Shown piece after piece: positions 1 through 9,822 of a DNA stretch of 64,000 nt. The first letter of the stretch is position 1; every line of letters starts with the position of its first letter. The DNA comes from Planctomycetota bacterium. Its GTDB lineage: Bacteria; Planctomycetota; UBA11346. The stretch spans positions 8,087 through 72,086 of the forward strand of contig JBBRLJ010000030.1 of the NCBI GenBank assembly GCA_038231435.1. Direction: 5' to 3'. Under the pieces are notes generated by a model that was given only the letters and a program-made list of their open reading frames with translations, did not search any database and was not told where the DNA came from. The translations under genes and the position numbers were made by a program.

Positions 1-287
1 CCAAGGGTTGGGACAAGGCGCAGGCGAAGGCCGCGCTCGAAGCCGTGCAGCTGGTGGTGAAGAACCATGCCGCGGCTGAGAACGCGGTGTGGGACGTGCC
101 CTCGCTCGAGGCGCTGGTGCGCGCGTTGGCCGAGGAGAAGGAGTGGCAGCCGAAACAGCTGTTCATGACCCTGCGCGTGGCGCTCACGGGCAAGCGCGAG
201 TCGCCGCCGTTATTCGACACCATGGCCGCGCTCGGGCATACCAAGTGCATCGACCGGTTGGGGCTGGCGCAGCAGAAACTCCGCTAA
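1..287 (+). CDS. gltX: Glutamate--tRNA ligase, C-terminal anticodon-binding part (5' truncated by window edge)
   Basis: LFMTLRVALTGKRESPPLFDTMAALG matches the typical GluRS C-terminus; stop TAA at 285-287. Confidence 0.85.
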   Translation, partial: KGWDKAQAKAALEAVQLVVKNHAAAENAVWDVPSLEALVRALAEEKEWQPKQLFMTLRVALTGKRESPPLFDTMAALGHTKCIDRLGLAQQKLR

Positions 288-379
288 TCCTCGCCGGTGG
301 GGTGCATCGGCGACCCGCCTGGCGCACTCCTCTGCACCGAGTGGATTGAATCGCCGCCCGGATCGGCGATGGTTGGGAG

Positions 380-1432
380 ATGATCCCTGACGGCCTGAAT
401 CCGCGTTCGTGGGCCCTGGGCATCGTCGTCGCCGTCGGCCTCATGGGTTTCTGCCAGCAGAGCTGCCTGCTGACCTACGCGTTGTGGTCCGGCTCCGATA
501 GCAGCACCCGCACCACGCGCACGGTACTCGCCCATGGCGATGGCGCGGCGAGCGGCGTGTGGGCTGACGAGGACCGCACGCTCGGCGTGGTGTTCGCTCC
601 GACCGACGCCCCAGATCACCCCCGACAGATCAGCGTGGGCTGGGACGCATTCCCCGCCGGCGAGCTGCGCCAGGCGCTCGGCTCAGAGATGGTGGATTCG
701 GTCGAACGCATCGACATCGCCGACACGGCGGCGGACCACACCGACGAGTGCACCTTCTCGATCACCGTCCGTCTCCGACCGCTCGAAGGCCTGGCCATCG
801 TCGAGCCGTGGGTCGACGATGGCGGTGACTGGCTGACGCTGGGGAGTGACCACCAGCAACCAGACGGATTCGCCGCGCTCGAAAGCGCCTTCGCGCCGTA
901 CAGCGCGCCGCTGCGGCTCATGCTCAAGGAGCGCGAGATCACGCCCGACCGCGCCGCGGCCACCTGGCGTATTCGCGACGCCTTGGGACATCCGTGGAGT
1001 GGATTCGATCCTGCCGCGTCGACCGCCGCGCCCGTCCCCGGCAGCGTGGCAGTACGCATCGCGCCGATCGCTGGCCGGCCGCCGTTCGATCCGTTCGTGG
1101 TCACCGTGCCGTGCGACCTCGCCGCCACCGCGCGGCTGTTTTCGCTCAATGGCGGCGGCGGCTTCTTCGCCGGCACATGCCATCTCTCCTGGCGCGGCCA
1201 GCTCGACCACCACCTCGGGACCAGCGAGGCCGAGGTCGCTGAAGTGCGCAGCCTGATCACGTTCGCCAAACCTGCCGAATTCCATTGGACGCTCACCGAG
1301 AACAAGACCACCACCAATGTCGGCGCCGCCTTCGCCAACGGCGCCCGCATCATCTTCACTCCCGTGACGGTGGCGATCGACATCGTGCTGCTACCAGTGT
1401 ATTTCATCGTCCTGCTCGCCGTGTTCCATTGA
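380..1432 (+). CDS. Hypothetical membrane-anchored protein
   Basis: 350-aa ORF, GC-rich codon bias, hydrophobic N- and C-terminal segments. Confidence 0.65.
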   Translation: MIPDGLNPRSWALGIVVAVGLMGFCQQSCLLTYALWSGSDSSTRTTRTVLAHGDGAASGVWADEDRTLGVVFAPTDAPDHPRQISVGWDAFPAGELRQALGSEMVDSVERIDIADTAADHTDECTFSITVRLRPLEGLAIVEPWVDDGGDWLTLGSDHQQPDGFAALESAFAPYSAPLRLMLKEREITPDRAAATWRIRDALGHPWSGFDPAASTAAPVPGSVAVRIAPIAGRPPFDPFVVTVPCDLAATARLFSLNGGGGFFAGTCHLSWRGQLDHHLGTSEAEVAEVRSLITFAKPAEFHWTLTENKTTTNVGAAFANGARIIFTPVTVAIDIVLLPVYFIVLLAVFH

Positions 1433-1499
1433 CCGGCCCGGATCAACGGACCACTCGCCCATGGTGAGCGACAGCTCTCCACTCCTCCCTGCTCCCCGA

Positions 1500-1594
1500 T
1501 TCCGGGGGGGCAGCGCGGAGCGCGTTGTGGGGGGAGCCGCGCTGCGGCTTCGGATGCCCTTCGGGGCATCCGCCGGCCGAAGGCCGTAGCCCCC
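1500..1594 (+). repeat. Degenerate copy of a small GC-rich palindromic (REP-like) element
   Basis: TTCCGGGGGGGCAGC ... GGCCGTAGCCCCC resembles the copies at 21368 and 23530; internal hairpin CGGATGCCC-TTCG-GGGCATCCG. Confidence 0.5.
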
Positions 1595-2479
1595 ATGCAG
1601 AAAGCCAGGGACTTCCTCACCTACTGCCGCCTCGAACTCGGCCTCTCCGCCAATACCCTGAAGGCGTACGAGAACGATCTCGCCAAGGCCAACGAGGGCT
1701 TCGCCGCGCTGGGGATCGCATTCGCCGACGCTGGTCCGGACGAGGTCGCGCGCCTGCTGGGCTGGCTGCGCGACGAGCGCGCGCAGGCGCCGGCCTCGCT
1801 GGTCCGGCTGCTGGTCGCGCTGCGCATGTACGCGCGCTACCTGGTGATGGAGAAAGTACTGCCGCGCGATCGCATCCAGCTCGCGCGCATGCCGCACCTG
1901 TGGAACAACCTGCCTGGGGTGCTCAGCGTCGACGAGGTCGAGCGCCTGCTGCAGGGTCCGCCCGAGGGCCCGATGCGCCTGCGCGACCGTCTCGCCTTGG
2001 AACTGCTCTACGCCTGTGGTGGACGCGCCAGCGAGGTGGTGGGGATCGGCCTCGCGGATCTGCGCGAGCACGCGTCGCTGGTGAAGCTCCATGGCAAGGG
2101 CAACAAGGAGCGCATGGTGCCGCTGGGGGACAAATCCCGGGCGGCACTGCGCCGGTATCTCGACGGGCTCAGACCCAGCCTCGACCCGGAGCGCAAGCAG
2201 GAGTGCCTGCTGCTATCGGCCAAGGGCCAGCCGATGTCCCGTCAGGCGCTGTGGCGAGTGGTGCGCGACGCAGGGGTCTCCGCTGGCCTTGGCAAGCCGG
2301 TCTACACCCACCTGCTCAGGCACAGCTTCGCCACCCACCTGCTCGAGAACGGCGCTGACCTGCGCGCGGTGCAGGATCTGCTCGGGCATGCCAACCTGAC
2401 CACCACCCAGCGTTACACCCACGTCGACGCGAAACGATTGATCGATCTGCACCGTAAATTCCATCCGCGCTCAAAGTAA
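1595..2479 (+). CDS. xerD: Site-specific tyrosine recombinase XerD-like
   Basis: GLSANTLKAY N-terminus, GGRASE, GKGNKER, HLLRHSFATHLL, GHANLTTTQRYTH catalytic motifs. Confidence 0.88.
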   Translation: MQKARDFLTYCRLELGLSANTLKAYENDLAKANEGFAALGIAFADAGPDEVARLLGWLRDERAQAPASLVRLLVALRMYARYLVMEKVLPRDRIQLARMPHLWNNLPGVLSVDEVERLLQGPPEGPMRLRDRLALELLYACGGRASEVVGIGLADLREHASLVKLHGKGNKERMVPLGDKSRAALRRYLDGLRPSLDPERKQECLLLSAKGQPMSRQALWRVVRDAGVSAGLGKPVYTHLLRHSFATHLLENGADLRAVQDLLGHANLTTTQRYTHVDAKRLIDLHRKFHPRSK

Positions 2480-2611
2480 CATTATCCTCATGTCCGAGCG
2501 ACTGGCACCGCGATCGTCCTGCCTAGGCTTGGGGTAACGGGATTGCGGGACCTCGACTTCGTGGGGTACACTCCTTGACGCCATGCCATCGCCAGATGGG
2601 AAGGGTTCGCA

Positions 2612-3460
2612 GTGCCTGATCAGACCGCCGATACATTGGCCCTGGAAGTCCTCCAGGCGAATGTCCAACTCCTCGCCGAACGCGAGCAGCTGGAAACGGA
2701 GCGGCGTCGCCTGCTTGAGATCGATCGCCTCAAGACCGAATTCCTGGCGCGCGTCAGCCACGATCTGCGCACGCCCCTGAACAGCATCATCGGCTTCTCG
2801 GAGCTGATCATCAACGGCGTCGGCGGGAAGATGAACCGCAAGCACGCCGAGTTCATCGCCGCGATCAACCGCAACGGCCATGCGCTGCTCGGCCTGATCA
2901 ACGATCTGCTCGACCTGTCGACCATCGATTCGCGGCAGATGACGCTGAAAGCGGCGACGGTGCCGCTGCAGACCATCCTCGACGACCTCCGCGCCGCCAC
3001 CGAGCCGGTGCTCGCGACGGCGAACCTGACACCGCTCTGGCCCGAGCCGGCCGATCTGCTGGGCAAGAACGCCTGGGTCGATCGCCGCCGCGTCGCCCAG
3101 GTGCTGGTCAACCTGGTCGACAACGCGCGCAAGTTCACGCCGGCCGGTGGCCGAGTGCACGTGGCCATGGACGCCGATGAGCAGAGCGCAATCTTCACCG
3201 TGAAGGACACCGGCCCCGGCATCCCGATGGAGGAGCGCGAACGCATCTTCAGGCCGTATTATCAGCGCGCGCAGAACTCGTACGGCCGTGGCGACGGAGT
3301 GGGCCTGGGCCTGGTGATCGTCAAGGCGATCGTCGATCTGCACAAAGGCCGCATCTCCATCGACAGCGATTCCGGCAGGGGCTGCATGTTCCAGGTCGTG
3401 GTCCCGCAGAAGGACGTGGATCTGGCCGCGATGCCGATGCATCAAGGCTCCGCTCCGTGA
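2612..3460 (+). CDS. Soluble histidine kinase (HisKA + HATPase) with no obvious sensor domain
   Basis: VSHDLRTPLNSI H-box, NLVDNARKFT N-box, DTGPGI, GVGLGL. Confidence 0.9.
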   Translation: MPDQTADTLALEVLQANVQLLAEREQLETERRRLLEIDRLKTEFLARVSHDLRTPLNSIIGFSELIINGVGGKMNRKHAEFIAAINRNGHALLGLINDLLDLSTIDSRQMTLKAATVPLQTILDDLRAATEPVLATANLTPLWPEPADLLGKNAWVDRRRVAQVLVNLVDNARKFTPAGGRVHVAMDADEQSAIFTVKDTGPGIPMEERERIFRPYYQRAQNSYGRGDGVGLGLVIVKAIVDLHKGRISIDSDSGRGCMFQVVVPQKDVDLAAMPMHQGSAP

Positions 3461-4359
3461 CGCCTCAGGTGCGCCAGCGCATCCTCGTGATCGAGGATAT
3501 GGCAACGCTGCGCGCACACATCGTCGAGACGCTCGCTGATCTCGGATCCGATCTCATCATCCACACCGCAGGCGACGGGCGCGAGGCGATCGAGCTGGTC
3601 GATGCCGCCGAGACGCCGTACCATCTCATCGTCTGCGACATCATCATGCCGCGCATGGATGGCGAGGGCGTGCTCGAGGAGCTGCGTCGCCGTTCATACC
3701 CCGCCGCGGTGATCATGCTCACCGCGCTCGGCCAGGATGACATGATCGTCCGCTGCCTGCGTCTCGGCGCCTGCGACTACCTGATCAAACCGGTTGGCAT
3801 CGACGAACTGCTGGTCGCGGCTGGAAACGCCCTCCACCACATGCCGCTGCTGAGCCGCCATGTCGAGGTCGAGTACGACCCGCACGGCTGGTTCGAGATC
3901 ACCGGCCAGAGCGACGCCTCGGTGCTGTACAAATACCGCAAGTTCCTCCTCCTGCTCGACAAGTTCAAGCTGCCCGAACCGGCGGCGAGCGAAGTCAGGC
4001 TGGCTCTCGAGGAGCTCGGACGCAACGCCATCGAATGGGGCAACAAGGGCGACCAGGCGAAGAAGGTGAAGTTCGGCGCGCGCATCCTGCCCGGCAAGAT
4101 CATCGTCTACATCGAGGACGAGGGCGAGGGCTTCAAGCCCGACGGCGTGCCCAACCCGAGCCTCGACCCCATGGCCCACATCGAGACGCGCAAGCTCACC
4201 GGCAAGCGCATGGGCGGTTACGGCATCCACCTGATCCGCCATCTGATGGACAAGCTCATCTACAATGCCAAGGGCAATCGCGTGGTGGCCATCAAGTACC
4301 TCGATCGCGATCGCGCCGAGAATCCGACCGCGGGCACCGCCTCGTCCGACTCCGCCTGA
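3457..4359 (+). CDS. Response regulator: receiver fused to an RsbW/SpoIIAB-like ATPase (anti-sigma kinase) domain
   Basis: ILVIED, CDIIMPRMDG, YLIKP receiver; EELGRNAIEWG, DEGEGF, GGYGIHLI in C-terminus; overlaps kinase stop. Confidence 0.85.
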   Translation: MTPQVRQRILVIEDMATLRAHIVETLADLGSDLIIHTAGDGREAIELVDAAETPYHLIVCDIIMPRMDGEGVLEELRRRSYPAAVIMLTALGQDDMIVRCLRLGACDYLIKPVGIDELLVAAGNALHHMPLLSRHVEVEYDPHGWFEITGQSDASVLYKYRKFLLLLDKFKLPEPAASEVRLALEELGRNAIEWGNKGDQAKKVKFGARILPGKIIVYIEDEGEGFKPDGVPNPSLDPMAHIETRKLTGKRMGGYGIHLIRHLMDKLIYNAKGNRVVAIKYLDRDRAENPTAGTASSDSA

Positions 4360-4484
4360 CCGATCGCCGCTGGCGTGCTCCTGCGGATGCCTCTCCGCAG
4401 GAAGAAAATCCATCTTCGCACGAGCCGTCTCGATTCACGGCAGCGCCCCCGTGGTACGATGCAGGCATGCCGACGGAGGGTTCC

Positions 4485-5291
4485 ATGCTGACGCTGCCGA
4501 TCTCGCCTACCAACGCCACGTCCACGGAAGGGTGTCCTGTCGCCCACGGGGTGGACGCCCAGGAGCTGGCGGCGTACCGCGCGAAGGGCTGGCTGCTCAA
4601 GCGCGGGCTCTTCGCACCGGGCTATATCGCGCAGCTCTCCGACGAGATCGACGGCCTGCACGAGAAGATGGCGACCAGCCCGCCCGACTACGTCCACCTG
4701 TCTTGGGAAGAAGGTTTGCCGGCCGATCGGCCGCAGCGCATCCGCCAGCTCATGAACAGCGAGCGGGTGTCCCCGATCCTCGACGCGATGTCGCGCTCGG
4801 ACGAGATCCTCGCGGTGATGCGCGCATTGATCGGCGAGGATCTCTACCTCTTCCACTCCAAGCTGATGATGAAGGCCGCCAAGGACGGCACCTTCACCCC
4901 CTGGCACCAGGATTGGGGCTATTGGCAGTACGGCTGCATCGACCCCAGCCAGGTCAATTGCATGCTCGCCATCGACGCGGCCGACGAGGAGAACGGCGCC
5001 ATCCGCTTCGTCGACGGCACCCATCTCCAGGGCCCCGTGCCCCACGACCGCTTTCAAAGCGCCTCGTTCGGCATCGGCCTGCATGGTGGCTTGGACAAGT
5101 TCCCCGATGCGACCCTGATCGAGATGCAGCCGGGAGACGCGATCTTCTTCGGCCCGCTGGTCATCCACGGGTCCGGACCCAACGCCTCGGCGCGCGACCG
5201 CCGCGCCAACACCTTCGCCTACGACAAGGCGGCCAACCAGAAGGAAGGCGTGCTGCCCGAGCACATGCACCGGGCCGGCCGGCGGGGCTGA
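4485..5291 (+). CDS. Phytanoyl-CoA dioxygenase (PhyH) family Fe(II)/2-oxoglutarate dioxygenase
   Basis: TPWHQD, MQPGDAIFF..HGSGPN..RR motifs; GGAGG RBS before ATG 4485. Confidence 0.88.
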   Translation: MLTLPISPTNATSTEGCPVAHGVDAQELAAYRAKGWLLKRGLFAPGYIAQLSDEIDGLHEKMATSPPDYVHLSWEEGLPADRPQRIRQLMNSERVSPILDAMSRSDEILAVMRALIGEDLYLFHSKLMMKAAKDGTFTPWHQDWGYWQYGCIDPSQVNCMLAIDAADEENGAIRFVDGTHLQGPVPHDRFQSASFGIGLHGGLDKFPDATLIEMQPGDAIFFGPLVIHGSGPNASARDRRANTFAYDKAANQKEGVLPEHMHRAGRRG

Positions 5292-5313
5292 ACCCGCCCC
5301 ATCCGAGCTTCGC

Positions 5314-5343
5314 GAGACAGGCCGCTCCCAAGCGGCCTGTCTC
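5314..5343 (+). terminator. 13-bp stem-loop after the PhyH gene, probable terminator
   Basis: GAGACAGGCCGCT-CCCA-AGCGGCCTGTCTC; U-tract weak. Confidence 0.6.
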
Positions 5344-5564
5344 CGTTTCATGGCGCGATCGCGCCGAGACGACGCTCCATGGGTGATCGGGGTCGATCAT
5401 ATCCCGCAGCCGAGTAAGAGGTCATACCTGGCTTCTGGGTAGGCCCACAGGGCGCATCGCCGCCGCGCGTCCTAGGCTCAATCATGCGGTGGGGTTAAGC
5501 GGGATTCGCCATGCGTCTCGCTCACACGCTCGGACTCGCGCCGTGGCGCGCGGGGTTGTTGCCG

Positions 5565-5597
5565 ATGACTATATTGATAAATCGCCTTATTAATACG
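5565..5597 (+). promoter_or_regulatory. AT-rich promoter/operator region upstream of the prepilin cassette
   Basis: ATGACT-N17-TATTAA overlapped by inverted repeat TATTGATAA-N6-TTATTAATA. Confidence 0.45.
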
Positions 5598-5647
5598 TTT
5601 CAATAGTGTCCGGTTGGCCGCCGGAGGCACGTCTGAGCGAGGAGCCC

Positions 5648-6403
5648 ATGCGCATTCCACACCTCATCTTCGCGCCCACTGTCCAAGCGCCGGCCGCCGG
5701 GCGGGCTGCATTCACCGCCATCGAGCTGCTGGTAGTGATCGGGATGATGATGGCGGTGATGGCGATGGCGACGCCGCCGGTGATCGGCGCCATGCGCCGC
5801 GGCGCGGTGCAGTCGGCGGCCAGCGATCTCGAGAGCTGCTGGCGCCAGGCGCGCGCGTTGGCGATGTCTCATCCGCTCCCTGAGGAAGATGAAGCGGACG
5901 CTCCGGCGAAGCACTACGGCATCGTCATGGTGCAGCGGACCTCGGGAACCGCGTACGCCGCGGTGATCTTCGACAACCGGGCGGCCCAGGAGATCTCCGC
6001 CGACCCCGAGCACGCGGTGCTGCGCCGCGACCGCGACGCGGCCAGCGATTCCGATGCGGCGAATCCGCCAGTCGCCAAGATGATATTCAACCGCGGAGTC
6101 CGCCTGGCGAGCGCGAGCAACGGCGAGGCCCCCGATACGGGTGAGCGCGTCCTGGTGGTGTATGCGCAATACCGGTCTGGCGTGCCGATCGATGCGAGCG
6201 ATGTCGCCTCGGGACACGGGTCCACGGCCCCACCCATCGGCCTCGGGCTTCCGGGGCGCGCCGAGCTCGGCATTCCAGGCAGTCCAGTCTCCACCGAGCT
6301 GCGCCTGCAGACGCCGGACTACCAGACAGCGATCCGGCACCGCGGGTATGCCGTCGGCGTGGCCCTCTACCCAGTCGGCTTGGTGGCCGCCCAAGCGCTG
6401 TGA
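5648..6403 (+). CDS. Prepilin-type N-terminal cleavage/methylation protein (FimU/GspH-like)
   Basis: RAA|FTAIELLVVIGMM class III signal; GGAG RBS. Confidence 0.8.
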   Translation: MRIPHLIFAPTVQAPAAGRAAFTAIELLVVIGMMMAVMAMATPPVIGAMRRGAVQSAASDLESCWRQARALAMSHPLPEEDEADAPAKHYGIVMVQRTSGTAYAAVIFDNRAAQEISADPEHAVLRRDRDAASDSDAANPPVAKMIFNRGVRLASASNGEAPDTGERVLVVYAQYRSGVPIDASDVASGHGSTAPPIGLGLPGRAELGIPGSPVSTELRLQTPDYQTAIRHRGYAVGVALYPVGLVAAQAL

Positions 6404-9400
6404 TGACGATGCGGATGCCGACACGGATGTCGACTCCGCGGCCATCGCACGCGACGGGCTCCATCGCCTTCACACTGTTCGAGGTGGTGATCAGCATGTT
6501 GGTGCTGAGCGTCGCAACGTTGGCTACGCTGGCGATGCTGCCGATCGGCATCAGAGCGCAGCAGATGGGGCGCAGCCAGCTGTACGCCAGCTCGACGGCG
6601 CTATCGCTGATGGACAGCTTTCACAATCCGATGATCACTTTCGATGGCCATGGGCGCCTGGTCCCGGAGCTCGAGCACAACGCCAAGGCGTCGACTCCGG
6701 ACCAGCCGCCGGTGCCCGGATGGGCGCACCGCCTGCGCGAGGCGAATCTCTTCGGCGCCACCTATGCCCACGATCTCGAGCGGCATCTGTCGGGTTGGAT
6801 CACCGGTGTGATGCCCGTGCCGCTGGAGATCAGCCGTCGTCTCGATAGCGACAACGACGAGATCCAGAAGTTGCTCGATCAAGGCGCCTTCCTGTATTAC
6901 GTCGATCCCGGATACGTTCGCGGGCTGACGGTGGCTTCGGCACGCGACAAGGCGCCGGTGCTGAATCCGCCGCCGGAAGCCCAGAAGCTGGTATTCGCGG
7001 TCAACGGCTTCGCGCAAGAGAACGCCATGACCAGCCATCCCTACGAGAGTTGGCCATGGTACGAGCTCTATCCGTTCCCGCCGGCGTGGGTGGCGATGCG
7101 CGCGCACGGGCGGGAATACCGCCGTGGTCCAGTGAGCTACGTCAAGAAGGTCGATCCGGTCACTGGCGAGGACATCTTCGATTATGTCGGCACGGATGGC
7201 CTGCGTTATCCGATCATGAATCCCCGCGAGGGACGCAACATGAGTGGCGGGCGGACGCGCTCGGTGAACGACTGGTCGGCACCTCCGGGCTCGGGCGACA
7301 CGCGGCGCATCTACTCGCGCGGCGGCCTGCTTTTCGGCGATGGCGGACACGCGAATTGGGACCCGGTGTGGTTCGATCCCGCGCCGAGCAACTACAAGCA
7401 GCTGGTGGCGCCGAACTCAACCATTGGACCGGCGACGCCAACGGATCAGACCCTGAGCAGGATCGATCCCCGTGATCCAGTCGAAGACCCCGACCCTGCC
7501 AAGACCGGCTCGACCGGCTGGTACCAGGGAAGGAATTGGCGCTACTTCCACGAGAAGTTCCAGAATGGCACGCCGTGGGACACCGGCTGGATCTCGTTCC
7601 AGCGCCTGGCGGGATTCAACTCCGACGTCGGCGCCGATCTCACTCAGGCCCAGTACGCGCGGCTCGATACCAGCAACGAGCACGTCCATTACGAGCGCGC
7701 GGGATGGCTACCCGTGCTCGCGACGCTGCTCAACCGCGAGGATCCGTGGTGGGACGCCTGGTTCTTCAATCCGGTGCGAGATCCGATCACCGGCCGATTC
7801 TCCTATCCCAACGGTGGCGCTCCCGGCAACGAGCACGACGTCGGCACCGGCGTGATCCCGCCCCGGCCTCCGTGGTGGGGCAATGCGTACTACCTCACCG
7901 ACACCGAGCAGCCGTGGGCCGGAATCGATCAGGGGATCGTCGGAGCTCCCGCGAGCATGCCGCCACCTCCGACGTACGAGATGCGCGCCAGCTATCGCGA
8001 CCGCGCCATCGCGCTGTGGAACGACGTCACCGCCAGTCTGCCCTTCGACCATTGCCAGCGCCGTCCGTGTGCCGGATACACACCGGACGTTTGGGACACC
8101 CAGCACGATTGCGACGTCTACGAGTACGGACCGCAGGAGCTGGATCGCTTCCCCATGGTCGATCCCGCCGACCTTCCGGGCACGCCACATCCGGCCCAGG
8201 TGTTGGCGCTGAGCTACCTGGCGCACGCATCGATGATGATGACCGGATGGGATGTGCCGTTCGTGAGTTGGTCCGTCGCTGGACGGCTGGATTGGGATAT
8301 CCTGACTTGGCGATACCGCGAGGGCGGTTCGAGTCCTACGCGCGACCCCGGCAGCAACCAGCTGGTGTGGGGGGACGTCACCGGCGCTACGACGGCGAGC
8401 AAAGACGCGAAGATCGTGGCGCCGGGCACACTGGCGAGCGCCGGGTCCAGCTCCGTGCAGGTGAGGAACGACACCTCGCGCGACATGATCTTCTTCGCCG
8501 GCGACATCATCTGCTTCGAGTCCGACTATCGCGACTGGTACCGCCGCTCCGAGCCGAATCCCGATGCGCAGACCGCGCGCCACGGTCATACCATCGACCA
8601 TTCCGGTTTCATGGGCGCGCCCGGCGACCGCATGCTCGCCAGCTGCCGGCGCTATCGCGTGAGAGACGATGTGCATGTCGGCCCCGATGCGACCGGTACC
8701 CTGAACGTGGACCCGCCGTTGGTCACCGACATCGCCGATACCGTGAAGAGCTGGCCCGACTCGTGGGCGAATCCCAAGGCCAATCCACCGATCCCCATCG
8801 ACACGCCGCATCCCCAGCAGCTGATCAGGGTATGCAACGAGCACGATCGCGCGTTCGCGCGCAAGGTGCACGAGATGTGCATGCGCTGGGCGGCGCGTTA
8901 CTGCGCCGACAATCCCTACGACTGGGGCGCTCCGCGCATGATGAACCACCAGGTGATGAACGACAAGCCGCTCGCGCTCCTGGACCTGTTCGAGGACGCG
9001 GCGAGGGGGGCGGTGTCGGACGGGGTTGCGCAGCGCGTGCCCCAGAATCTGCCGACCAGCCTGGGCACCTCCTCTGCCGAGTCATTCTACCGCTGGCTCA
9101 CTCCTCCCAACCAGGCCGCCCGCTCGTGGTTCCTCGACCACCACATCTCCCCCGGCGGACCTGCCTGCGATATCAGCCATCACGGACCGGCGAAGGCTCC
9201 TGAAGCGGCGTGGAGCAGCCTGGTCTACAATCCACAGCTCGCGCCGCCGTCGACTCCCGGCGCATCGTCCACCGGGGAGTGGAATTTCACCAGCGACGCG
9301 AAGCGCTATTGGCTGAACCGTCGCTTCGAACCATTCCATCGCGGGCGCGAGCTGGTGTTCTGGTCGGTGGACTGGAAATCATACGAGGATGCCGAATCCG

Positions 9401-9822
9401 CGCCGAGCGCTCCTCTGGATTTCGCCAAGCACGCGCGCTCGATCGGCCTGAAGCCAGACCTGGTCACTCCGGCGTCGTTGCTGCCGATGCGCCAGCCGCC
9501 CTCGCCGTTCATGGCGCCGTGGGACTACGTGCTGCAGCGCAATGACAGTCAATACGCCGGCAATCCCGAGAGCGGAATGGTGTGGCTCGATGGCGAACGG
9601 CATCAGCGCTTCATCGACAACACCGTGAACAGCTGGTACAAGTTCTACTGGTCGTACGCGGTCGCCGGATCGGACATCGTGCTCGGCCATTGGGGCGCCG
9701 ACCGCAACGGCAACCGCAACTTCGATGTCGGCCCGGTTCCGGCGTCGACGCGCATGCGCGCGCTGGTGGTCGCGCGTTTCAACATCTACGACCCGGTGCT
9801 GAGGCTCAATGTCAACAATTGA
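6400..9822 (+). CDS. Very large prepilin-type protein (PilV/GspI position), 1140 aa
   Basis: IA|FTLFEVVISMLVL signal; long Trp/Pro-rich C-terminal region of unknown fold. Confidence 0.75.
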   Translation: MMTMRMPTRMSTPRPSHATGSIAFTLFEVVISMLVLSVATLATLAMLPIGIRAQQMGRSQLYASSTALSLMDSFHNPMITFDGHGRLVPELEHNAKASTPDQPPVPGWAHRLREANLFGATYAHDLERHLSGWITGVMPVPLEISRRLDSDNDEIQKLLDQGAFLYYVDPGYVRGLTVASARDKAPVLNPPPEAQKLVFAVNGFAQENAMTSHPYESWPWYELYPFPPAWVAMRAHGREYRRGPVSYVKKVDPVTGEDIFDYVGTDGLRYPIMNPREGRNMSGGRTRSVNDWSAPPGSGDTRRIYSRGGLLFGDGGHANWDPVWFDPAPSNYKQLVAPNSTIGPATPTDQTLSRIDPRDPVEDPDPAKTGSTGWYQGRNWRYFHEKFQNGTPWDTGWISFQRLAGFNSDVGADLTQAQYARLDTSNEHVHYERAGWLPVLATLLNREDPWWDAWFFNPVRDPITGRFSYPNGGAPGNEHDVGTGVIPPRPPWWGNAYYLTDTEQPWAGIDQGIVGAPASMPPPPTYEMRASYRDRAIALWNDVTASLPFDHCQRRPCAGYTPDVWDTQHDCDVYEYGPQELDRFPMVDPADLPGTPHPAQVLALSYLAHASMMMTGWDVPFVSWSVAGRLDWDILTWRYREGGSSPTRDPGSNQLVWGDVTGATTASKDAKIVAPGTLASAGSSSVQVRNDTSRDMIFFAGDIICFESDYRDWYRRSEPNPDAQTARHGHTIDHSGFMGAPGDRMLASCRRYRVRDDVHVGPDATGTLNVDPPLVTDIADTVKSWPDSWANPKANPPIPIDTPHPQQLIRVCNEHDRAFARKVHEMCMRWAARYCADNPYDWGAPRMMNHQVMNDKPLALLDLFEDAARGAVSDGVAQRVPQNLPTSLGTSSAESFYRWLTPPNQAARSWFLDHHISPGGPACDISHHGPAKAPEAAWSSLVYNPQLAPPSTPGASSTGEWNFTSDAKRYWLNRRFEPFHRGRELVFWSVDWKSYEDAESAPSAPLDFAKHARSIGLKPDLVTPASLLPMRQPPSPFMAPWDYVLQRNDSQYAGNPESGMVWLDGERHQRFIDNTVNSWYKFYWSYAVAGSDIVLGHWGADRNGNRNFDVGPVPASTRMRALVVARFNIYDPVLRLNVNN

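Noticed and set aside
1595..2479. Phage or ICE integrase marking a mobile element
   Set aside because: Sequence is a housekeeping XerD type; no att repeats, tRNA or mobile cargo adjacent
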